DNA from: a virus
Taxonomy: Duplodnaviria > Caudoviricetes
Direction: 5' to 3' (one strand)
Virus record (IMG/VR): IMGVR_UViG_3300014204_007706
Coordinates: 7,584 to 71,583 of that record
Length of the DNA: 64,000 nucleotides
Both the position numbers and the translations under genes were made by a program. Positions 57,310 to 64,000 of the stretch are shown here, one piece after another. The notes below the pieces were generated by a model. The model was not told the DNA's origin. It saw only the letters and a list, made by a program, of their open reading frames with translations, and did not search any database. How positions within the stretch are numbered: the stretch's first letter is position 1; each line of letters opens with the position of its first letter.

Positions 57310-58140
57310 ATGGAAAACGTAAAATTTGATAATGACAAAGACGTACCCGATATAATTGAGCTGCAAAAGATCAACCAGTCCTACGACGGTGGTAAGACCT
57401 TTATCATAAAGGACCTCGATTTGCTCCTGGAGAATGAGCCTGGAGAGAACCAGGTTATTTCAATCTTGGGCGCGTCCGGATGCGGAAAATCTACGCTCTT
57501 GCGCTACGTGAGCGGTCTGCAGGTTCCTACAAGCGGCGAAGTAAAGCTCTACGGCAAGCCTATCGACTATAAGACAATAGTCGGCATGGTCTTCCAGAAG
57601 TATTCCAGTCTGCCCTGGCTCACTGTTAAAGAGAACGTAGCTTTGGGTCTGGAGTTCCAGGGAGTTTCAGAGTCAGAACGTAACCAGAGGGCTTTAGAGA
57701 TGGTAGACCTTGTGGGCCTCACCGGTCATGAGAACAAATATGCAGAGTATCCTACACTCTCTGGCGGACAGCTGCAGCGTGTAGCTATCGCGAGAAGCTT
57801 GCTAGCGAACCCGAAGATCCTGCTTATGGATGAACCTTTCGGAGCCCTGGACATCAACACCAGGTTGAACATGCAGGAACTGCTTATGTCCATCTTAAAG
57901 AAAGTTAAGGACATGGCGATTATCTTTGTGACGCATGACATCACCGAGGCTGTGTACATTTCGGATGATATTTACATGATGTCGGCCAATCCCGGGCAGA
58001 TCGTCGAGCATGTGAAGGTACCATTCGAGGGCCGGTCACACTTACTCAAAAGGGATATGAAGTTCGTTAAACTGGTATACGAGATTGAGGATAAAATGAA
58101 AGAGATTAGCGCCGCGTCAGCTAAAAGGAAGGTGGCATAA
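57310..58140 (+). CDS. NitT/TauT-family ABC ATPase
   Basis: GASGCGKST, LSGGQLQR, LLMDEPFGALD, FVTHD. Confidence 0.95.
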   Translation: MENVKFDNDKDVPDIIELQKINQSYDGGKTFIIKDLDLLLENEPGENQVISILGASGCGKSTLLRYVSGLQVPTSGEVKLYGKPIDYKTIVGMVFQKYSSLPWLTVKENVALGLEFQGVSESERNQRALEMVDLVGLTGHENKYAEYPTLSGGQLQRVAIARSLLANPKILLMDEPFGALDINTRLNMQELLMSILKKVKDMAIIFVTHDITEAVYISDDIYMMSANPGQIVEHVKVPFEGRSHLLKRDMKFVKLVYEIEDKMKEISAASAKRKVA

Positions 58141-58141
58141 C

Positions 58142-58624
58142 ATGCAAACAAAATCAGAACTGTTTGGATTTGTAATAGAATTTAATGAGCAGGCAAATCA
58201 GTGGGTTATTACTGATGTTGGCGCTGAGGTATACAGAGACGTAGATCGTAGTAAATGTCTTGCTTGGGTTAAGCGTAATAAGAATAGAAATGTTGAGAAG
58301 ATCTCGGCGTATAGCAGCCACTTTAGTTTTGGTGAGATTACATCCGTTGCAGATGAAAACATAAATTATCCCCACGTGTGGTTTACGATAATAGATAAAG
58401 AGTATGGGAATAGCCGGCGTAAGGAACGCCTTGAATCTCTGTATCCAGCTACGGAGGAAAACAAAGATATAGTGACACGGAGATGTGAACTGAATAAACA
58501 GATTGAAGCGATAGAAAATCAGCGTGATAAGTTGCAGCTCAAAGGTGAGTTCATTTTGAAAGATGGTAGAGTTATGGTGAAACCTAAGAAAGCCCTCAAA
58601 GAGAAAAAGTCCCAGGAGGTATAA
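58142..58624 (+). CDS. Hypothetical protein
   Basis: 160-aa ORF in operon. Confidence 0.6.
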   Translation: MQTKSELFGFVIEFNEQANQWVITDVGAEVYRDVDRSKCLAWVKRNKNRNVEKISAYSSHFSFGEITSVADENINYPHVWFTIIDKEYGNSRRKERLESLYPATEENKDIVTRRCELNKQIEAIENQRDKLQLKGEFILKDGRVMVKPKKALKEKKSQEV

Positions 58625-58625
58625 C

Positions 58626-59186
58626 ATGAAATTTTTCTACATGTATGGAAATATCGGGACACACAAATCTACGTACGCCCGCTACATAGCGGATAGGCAG
58701 GGTACGTTGATTCTGGACGACGACGAGCTGTATCATGTACTTTGCAATAAATCCTGGAAGTTTTATTATAATAAAGGCATTCAGGAGGTAGTTCTGCAAA
58801 TGTTTCAGGGGGCCGTGTCCAAGCTGCAGGAGAATGCTGTAAAAGACGCAGTGGTGGCTACAGCATCCCTGGATCCGTTTATGTTTTCTCTAGACATAAA
58901 ACCCCCAAACCAGTTATTTATAATAGTTACGGGTAATGGAACCAGGGAATTCAGCCTGGAAAACCGCAGGAAAAACCACCGGGGAGTATCCCAGGAAGAA
59001 TGGGCTATGGTGTACGACCAGGAAGCCGCAAAGATTCGGACCGGCTTGGCCAGTCTAAAAGAAACACTCGAAGATAAGACCTGGCTTGCTGAAACGGTAC
59101 TCTGGCTTACGGACCCCTTGGATGAAGAATTAAGTAAGAAAGAGATTGACAAATTCCTGGATAACGTATATAATGTACAAAACTGA
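58626..59186 (+). CDS. P-loop (AAA_33-like) kinase
   Basis: MYGNIGTHKSTYARY degenerate Walker A, ILDDDEL; GGAGG RBS. Confidence 0.6.
   Translation: MKFFYMYGNIGTHKSTYARYIADRQGTLILDDDELYHVLCNKSWKFYYNKGIQEVVLQMFQGAVSKLQENAVKDAVVATASLDPFMFSLDIKPPNQLFIIVTGNGTREFSLENRRKNHRGVSQEEWAMVYDQEAAKIRTGLASLKETLEDKTWLAETVLWLTDPLDEELSKKEIDKFLDNVYNVQN
59146..59174 (+). promoter_or_regulatory. Consensus sigma-70 promoter
   Basis: TTGACA-17nt-TATAAT. Confidence 0.8.
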
Positions 59187-59201
59187 AAAAGGAGGTGCCG
59201 T

Positions 59202-59501
59202 ATGAAAACACTTGTCGAGACGTTAAGGACTAAGACAAAGGTTGGCTACATCGAGCATCCTTTTTCGTATGTATCTGTTGACGGACTTAAGAAGCTTACT
59301 TTCGAGCAGGCTTACGCTGAGTTCATTGACGTGCTTTACGGAGAAGGCAAAGCTGTTGTACACAATGGCAAGGCTATCATGCTGTTTAAGAAGAAAGCTT
59401 TCGTTGGTACACTCGATGCGACCGATCCGCTGGTCATCCCACATGATGGCTGGAAAAAGGTAGAAAACTTAAGGCACGAGTTCTTACTGCTTATTAAGTA
59501 A
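59202..59501 (+). CDS. Hypothetical protein
   Basis: 99-aa ORF, AAGGAGGTG RBS. Confidence 0.65.
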   Translation: MKTLVETLRTKTKVGYIEHPFSYVSVDGLKKLTFEQAYAEFIDVLYGEGKAVVHNGKAIMLFKKKAFVGTLDATDPLVIPHDGWKKVENLRHEFLLLIK

Positions 59502-59510
59502 ACTTTAGGT

Positions 59511-59587
59511 AGGGCCGTAGCTCAGTTGATTAGAGCGCCCGCCTGTCACGTGGGAGGCCGCGGGTTTGAGCCCCGTCGGCCCTGCCA
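59511..59587 (+). tRNA. tRNA-Asp(GTC)
   Basis: AGGGCCG/CGGCCCT, CCCGC-CTGTCAC-GTGGG, G73, CCA. Confidence 0.92.
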
Positions 59588-59603
59588 AAGAAAAAGGAAG
59601 GAG

Positions 59604-59873
59604 ATGATTCTAATGGGTAAGCTGATAGAAAACATGACATTAGCCGAACTGGAAAAAGCAAATCCTTCCAACGATGACTTAGAAGCATCTGGACGCAGAG
59701 TTATGGTCAAGGTCTTTGCTTCAAGAAGTAAATACATGAACGCCAAGGATATCAAGGCTTTAATAGCCGCCGGCGTTGGTACGCGCTCAGATCTTGAAGA
59801 AGCGTCAGACATGGAGAACATTATACCCGTGATTGACGCAATAATAGAAAGCAAGCTTAAAGGAAACGCATGA
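59604..59873 (+). CDS. Hypothetical protein
   Basis: Start moved out of the tRNA (ATG 59604 or 59613). Confidence 0.6.
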   Translation: MILMGKLIENMTLAELEKANPSNDDLEASGRRVMVKVFASRSKYMNAKDIKALIAAGVGTRSDLEEASDMENIIPVIDAIIESKLKGNA

Positions 59874-59881
59874 ACATTAGT

Positions 59882-59956
59882 GCGAGTGTAGTTCAATGGT
59901 CAGAACAGACGCTTGATAAGCGTCAGACAGTGGTTCAATTCCACTCTCTCGTACCA
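59882..59956 (+). tRNA. tRNA-Ile(GAT)
   Basis: GACGC-TTGATAA-GCGTC, A73, CCA. Confidence 0.9.
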
Positions 59957-59960
59957 TTTT

Positions 59961-60036
59961 GGGCATGTAACTCATCAGCTAGAGTACCTCACTTTTAATG
60001 AGGGAGTAGAGAGGGCGGCACTCTCCATGCCTACCA
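59961..60036 (+). tRNA. tRNA-Lys(TTT), non-canonical T-loop GGCGGCA
   Basis: GGGCATG/CATGCCT; CCTCA-CTTTTAA-TGAGG; GAGAG/CTCTC T-stem. Confidence 0.82.
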
Positions 60037-60037
60037 A

Positions 60038-60112
60038 GGATCTGTAGCTCAACAGTGGAGCAAGGCACTCATAATGCCGAGGTCGCAGGGGCAGCACCTG
60101 CCGGATCCACCA
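60038..60112 (+). tRNA. tRNA-Met/Ile2(CAT), non-canonical T-loop GGCAGCA
   Basis: GGATCTG/CGGATCC; loop CTCATAA; GCAGG/CCTGC T-stem. Confidence 0.8.
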
Positions 60113-60128
60113 AATGAAAGGAGTCGCC

Positions 60129-60428
60129 GTGAATCCGAATGACGTAGATGTAATATTATCTTCCGATAAAAAATACTGGATATTCCTATGGAGACGCGAT
60201 AATAGCGTCTTGGCAAAAATATCTATAGATGATATACTCGGTATAGAACTTAGGAATGACGACTCCGTACGTGAGATGCTAACAAAGAACGAATTTGGAG
60301 AGCTGCTGCGACATGACATGGAAACTCATGGTATAGGCCAGTCACTGAAAGTGTTGCTTGGATCAAAATTTGACGAGCTACAGCAAAAACATCGGTGTCC
60401 ACAGCGCATATCCAAGAGGGTGGTTTAG
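60129..60428 (+). CDS. Small protein with C-terminal CPQRISK motif
   Basis: GTG 60129 after AAAGGAG. Confidence 0.6.
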   Translation: MNPNDVDVILSSDKKYWIFLWRRDNSVLAKISIDDILGIELRNDDSVREMLTKNEFGELLRHDMETHGIGQSLKVLLGSKFDELQQKHRCPQRISKRVV

Positions 60429-60506
60429 CATGGAACAAAATGAACGTATATAATGTACAAAACTGAAGAGCATGAGGCCCAGGTTCAATTCCTGGGGTCA
60501 CCACCA
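60419..60506 (+). pseudogene. Degenerate tRNA: acceptor stem, T-arm and CCA intact, D/anticodon arms replaced
   Basis: GGTGGTT/GGTCACC, CCAGG-TTCAATT-CCTGG, ACCA; interior carries a 25-bp copy of 59163-59187. Confidence 0.6.
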
Positions 60507-60522
60507 AATGAAAGGAGCGTCT

Positions 60523-60912
60523 ATGCTATATGATGAGCAGTTTCATAAGCAGTTACGGGAAGAGGAAGCTGTGCACGAATTAGACAAACAAACTTCATAT
60601 GAAACCCGGCTGCACCCACGTAACCATCCACAGGCCAAGCTTCGCTGGGTTCGAAACCTATTTAAAAAACACCCGACGCCCGCCGTTATGCAACAAGCCG
60701 CTCTTGACCTTCTTGTATATGGTGAGGCATATCTTAAGGTGCCGATAACCGAGACGCGCATAACCCTGGCGGACGCCTACAATCCTTTACTTAACGAAAG
60801 TCATTGGTATACTCCGAGCTCCCGGAGACCGCACAATCCACAGCGGATCACAAAGCGGGGATGGCGTTGGAAAGACAATCGTGTTTACTATAGACAGCAA
60901 AAGGTGGTATAA
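60523..60912 (+). CDS. Protein with NPQRITK motif
   Basis: Start moved to ATG 60523 (AAAGGAG). Confidence 0.6.
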   Translation: MLYDEQFHKQLREEEAVHELDKQTSYETRLHPRNHPQAKLRWVRNLFKKHPTPAVMQQAALDLLVYGEAYLKVPITETRITLADAYNPLLNESHWYTPSSRRPHNPQRITKRGWRWKDNRVYYRQQKVV

Positions 60913-60918
60913 TACAAA

Positions 60919-61131
60919 ATGAATCCTTATACGAGGGATCTTGACATAAGCATTCCAGATATTGGACAAATAGAAGGGCGTATTTTACGTGGTTTGGGTG
61001 TTAAGAAACCCAACCCGCAGCGTATACCAAAAGTACGTTTGAAAACACGTTATAAGAATCTAGCGCACTCTTTTGCAGATATACTGAAGCACGGTTTGGA
61101 TTATAGCAGCCGTCCGCGGAAAGTGAAATAA
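60919..61131 (+). CDS. Small protein with NPQRIPK motif
   Basis: 70-aa ORF, TAATG coupling to next gene. Confidence 0.6.
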   Translation: MNPYTRDLDISIPDIGQIEGRILRGLGVKKPNPQRIPKVRLKTRYKNLAHSFADILKHGLDYSSRPRKVK

Positions 61132-61343
61132 TGCCTTACCTTCCTCTAGCGCGACTGGCTATGCAGCCCTTCTCTCCGTTGTACCAGGAGTCAAATCTTG
61201 TATCTCCCAGGTCTCACGAGAACGACGCGAGAATGCAGCGCGAACTTTATGGTTGCCGGCAGCGCATACCAAAGAACTGCTCCCTTGAACAAAGTAAGGA
61301 ACTAACAAGAATGTACACAAAGTGGCGCAGGGTGCATGCGTAA
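61131..61343 (+). CDS. Small protein with CRQRIPK motif
   Basis: 70-aa coupled ORF. Confidence 0.55.
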   Translation: MPYLPLARLAMQPFSPLYQESNLVSPRSHENDARMQRELYGCRQRIPKNCSLEQSKELTRMYTKWRRVHA

Positions 61344-61352
61344 GGAGGCGTC

Positions 61353-61571
61353 GTGGCCAAACGATCCAGGGAAGAGCAAGACGCCATAGAGGAATCCTTA
61401 GAGGCCGGAGATCTCTCCGGAGTTCCAGGTATGGTCCCAGACTATGACGCTGAGGATTGGCGAGTCTATGGAGATCCTGACTATGACCCCTACGAGTGTT
61501 ATTGGTGGAAACATAAGCGTAAATATGGAAGATGCCCTCAGGCAATAAGCAAACAAAGACTACCGTTCTAA
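61353..61571 (+). CDS. Small protein with CPQAISK motif
   Basis: 72-aa ORF, AAGGAGG RBS. Confidence 0.65.
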   Translation: MAKRSREEQDAIEESLEAGDLSGVPGMVPDYDAEDWRVYGDPDYDPYECYWWKHKRKYGRCPQAISKQRLPF

Positions 61572-61615
61572 GCGCGGGCATACTGTTAATGGCAGCAACC
61601 AGTCTTTGTATTAAA

Positions 61616-61690
61616 GCAGGCGTGACTCATTGGGTGAGTGTCGGCCTTCCAAGCCGGATAAACTTGGTTCGATTCCAAGCGTCTGCTCCA
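61616..61690 (+). tRNA. tRNA-Gly(TCC)
   Basis: GCAGGCG/CGTCTGC, loop CTTCCAA, U73, CCA. Confidence 0.9.
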
Positions 61691-61706
61691 AATAATCGCA
61701 CGCGGC

Positions 61707-61734
61707 TTGACTATAAGGCTTAAAATGCTATACT
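61707..61734 (+). promoter_or_regulatory. Sigma-70-like promoter
   Basis: TTGACT-16nt-TATACT with TG extension. Confidence 0.55.
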
Positions 61735-61764
61735 TTATAGAAAGCTACAATACAGGAGGTCTTC

Positions 61765-61890
61765 ATGTTAGCAGCAGTGTTTGATTTAGTAGGATTTATA
61801 TTTTATGTGCTATTTTATATGTTATTTTACATAGTTTTTGGGTGGTTGTTTTCTCCGGATTCACAGCTTGCAAGAGAGTTACGAGGATAG
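61765..61890 (+). CDS. 41-aa single-pass membrane peptide (not in ORF track)
   Basis: AGGAGG RBS; MLAAVFDLVGFIFYVLFYMLFYIVFGWLFSPDSQLARELRG. Confidence 0.65.
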   Translation: MLAAVFDLVGFIFYVLFYMLFYIVFGWLFSPDSQLARELRG

Positions 61891-61893
61891 AAT

Positions 61894-62001
61894 ATGAAGA
61901 AGATTTTACTCTTAACCGTGCTGGGGTATTTGTTTATATCTATGGCTTTATCATCTTCTGATTCACAGCTTGCAAAAGAAAGCTACGAGGTGAGGATATG
62001 A
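61894..62001 (+). CDS. 35-aa signal-peptide-like peptide (not in ORF track)
   Basis: MKKILLLTVLGYLFISMALSSSDSQLAKESYEVRI; ATGA coupling. Confidence 0.55.
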   Translation: MKKILLLTVLGYLFISMALSSSDSQLAKESYEVRI

Positions 62002-62426
62002 AACGCATACTGATAATCATAGCGTTGATGTGCATTGTGGGGAGCGTGTGGGGAGCGACTAAAATATTTCCCACTCCTACAATTACACATATACTTACAC
62101 CAGTAGCAACATTGACTTATCTTACAACTATTAAATTAAAAACCTGTGAGTTAATTAAAAGTGGAAAGGGTATGCGTCCTAAGTTACCAGCGTTCATTTA
62201 CGATTATGCTCAGACGTTGAACTATAAATATGTGACTCCTGAAGAAAAAATATCAAGAAATAATGTTGATGCAACATGTGTCTATATTTATATAATCATG
62301 CGGGATGATAAAGTTAAAACTACGTCTCAGCAGGCTTATTTTTTAAAACAATGTAAAGCCAATGATATTCAGGTTATAAATGATTTTGCATATGAAATTG
62401 AAGCTCGTGAAATGGTGCTGAAATGA
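61998..62426 (+). CDS. Exported protein with short Thr/Pro linker
   Basis: Signal peptide MKRILIIIALMCIVGSVWGA, PTPTITHILTPVATLT. Confidence 0.65.
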   Translation: MKRILIIIALMCIVGSVWGATKIFPTPTITHILTPVATLTYLTTIKLKTCELIKSGKGMRPKLPAFIYDYAQTLNYKYVTPEEKISRNNVDATCVYIYIIMRDDKVKTTSQQAYFLKQCKANDIQVINDFAYEIEAREMVLK

Positions 62427-64000
62427 AAAAAAATATACTATCGTTATTAGTTATATTATATTTTGCTTGCACTATACACGCCACAACTGAAATATTTTTG
62501 CCGCTTGAAACTAATTTTACAGATGCAGGAACTTTCGGGCTAACGTGGACTAATGTAGGTGATTACGCAACTTTTGGAACTGAACAAGGCAGGGCGTGTG
62601 TAACAGTACCTAAAGCTGTTGGTGCGGGAATATTGAGTACGGGAAGCACACAAAATATTAAACTTATACAAATAGAGATACTGCGTAAGACTGGTATTAG
62701 TGGCGGTAATGGACATATACTGCGAAGCGAGGGGGGTTATTCAGCTATATATTCCATCAACGATACTAAATGGTGGGGAAATATACCTTGTGGTGGAAAT
62801 ACTTCAGAAATTACTTATGAAGCGGATACGTGGTATACTGTCAACATCACGCTGGACGGCACTTACTATAATTTTTATGTTGACGGAGCATTATTATATC
62901 AAACGGCTTGTACTGCCACTTATTTTGGGCAGAGGTTTGTTGTCGGTGGATATTCAGATTTTTCGGGATACTTTGAGGGGTCGGGGTATAGTATTAGATA
63001 TTTAATCGCAGATAATACTATTCCTGAAATTTTACCTATAAGTTATATAGATACGCCGACAGGAACGCCTACGCTTACACATACATTAACTGAAACGCCT
63101 ACGTTTACCGAAACAATAACACCCACGGTAACCGAGACCGTCACGCCCACGGTTACGCCAATCATATCTTTATCAAAATCAGCAGACACTTCAAGTGGTG
63201 TTTATCCAACACACGTTTATAGTGTTTTGGAATTAGATAACAGTATTATAGATTTAAAGGGTAACACAAACTGGGTAAATTCTGGTGCTAAATTTAGCAG
63301 TGATATTGTAAAATACGGTTCATACTCGGCTAATTTTTTTGACAATAGCTATCGAATAAAAAGTTTTCCAAATTTTCCAAGTGGTATATTACATGGAGTA
63401 CAATTATATTTTAGACTTACAAGCGCATCAGCAAATGGGGATAGAATAATAACCTTTTCGAGTATAAAAAACGTTGGAGTGTGGATTGATAGACAACTAT
63501 ATGTCCGGTGGGCAGGTATTGATTATCTTTCAGGTGTTGATAAAAAATTATTAAGCGATGTGTGGTATAGACTTAATGTGGATTATGCGCCTGATAAAAT
63601 TAAGTTTTATATAAATGGCGAGCAGTGGATAGAAACTCCAGCGGATGCTTTTTTTGCTTATGTAGCAATAGGTAATTATTCATCCGATGGCAATGCTTTA
63701 AATGGAAATATTGACCGTTTAATATTATCAACAACTACAACTGGCGGGGCTGAAATATTGCCTGTTTGGAAACACGGTGACACGGTAACTTATTCACTTG
63801 CTTATAATGTAACAAATACAGCAGAAAATATTTTTATTTGGGATACTATCCCCGATAACATTGAATACGTCGGGGCAGATAATAGCGGAACTACTAACAA
63901 TGGCGTTGTGACTTGGAATGAGGGTAATACTACAAACGCTTTTGGCGTTATTCGTAAATGGTGGGGCACGCTTAAAACTACACTTGTAGGATTATTTACA
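62423..64000 (+). CDS. Partial exported surface/adhesin-like protein: two LamG/ConA-like domains, TPT linker, DUF11-like domain (runs off the window; missing from ORF track)
   Basis: Frame read by hand, open for 526 codons; signal peptide; DTWYTVNITLDG...FYVDG; TPTLTHTLTETPT; ISLSKSADT...GDTVTYSL...IWDTIPDNIEY...GVVTWN. Confidence 0.8.
   Translation, partial: MKKNILSLLVILYFACTIHATTEIFLPLETNFTDAGTFGLTWTNVGDYATFGTEQGRACVTVPKAVGAGILSTGSTQNIKLIQIEILRKTGISGGNGHILRSEGGYSAIYSINDTKWWGNIPCGGNTSEITYEADTWYTVNITLDGTYYNFYVDGALLYQTACTATYFGQRFVVGGYSDFSGYFEGSGYSIRYLIADNTIPEILPISYIDTPTGTPTLTHTLTETPTFTETITPTVTETVTPTVTPIISLSKSADTSSGVYPTHVYSVLELDNSIIDLKGNTNWVNSGAKFSSDIVKYGSYSANFFDNSYRIKSFPNFPSGILHGVQLYFRLTSASANGDRIITFSSIKNVGVWIDRQLYVRWAGIDYLSGVDKKLLSDVWYRLNVDYAPDKIKFYINGEQWIETPADAFFAYVAIGNYSSDGNALNGNIDRLILSTTTTGGAEILPVWKHGDTVTYSLAYNVTNTAENIFIWDTIPDNIEYVGADNSGTTNNGVVTWNEGNTTNAFGVIRKWWGTLKTTLVGLFT

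Noticed and set aside
62700-63005. 101-aa ORF in the track
   Set aside because: Off-frame shadow of the longer open frame 62423->64000

Overview
A 64-kb segment of a large (jumbo-type) dsDNA bacteriophage. The standard genetic code fits throughout. No rRNA, capsid or terminase genes were recognised in the window. The left ~20 kb is one minus-strand block: hypothetical proteins including a 2058-aa giant, a sigma region-4 HTH protein, a TOPRIM-only primase, RecA, a RuvC-like resolvase, a gp32-like SSB and a UDG-PolA fusion. Transcription diverges at ~20.4 kb, at a candidate origin with palindromic repeats, two DnaA boxes and an HTH gene. The plus-strand block carries SNF2, DnaC-like and DnaB helicase genes, class III RNR (NrdD without its glycyl-radical tail), and a glycosyltransferase/methyltransferase/radical-SAM cluster. 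A long RNA-rich accessory region follows, with 18 tRNAs (many with re-wired T/D loops), tmRNA, an RNase P RNA and several unexplained structured RNAs. It also holds GroES/EL, patatin, SbcCD, Fic, SemiSWEET and an OmpA-fused ABC uptake module. Standout observations: (1) two tandem circularly permuted, anticodon-less tRNA mimics starting at the stop codon of a DIP1984-like gene and followed by a ~350-nt structured domain; (2) a short peptide motif [C/N/H]-P-Q-x-I-x-K repeated 11 times in 10 unrelated small proteins with synonymous codon variation; (3) a phage-encoded RNase P RNA alongside elbow-variant tRNAs. All family assignments come from motif recognition by eye; no database search or folding program was run.
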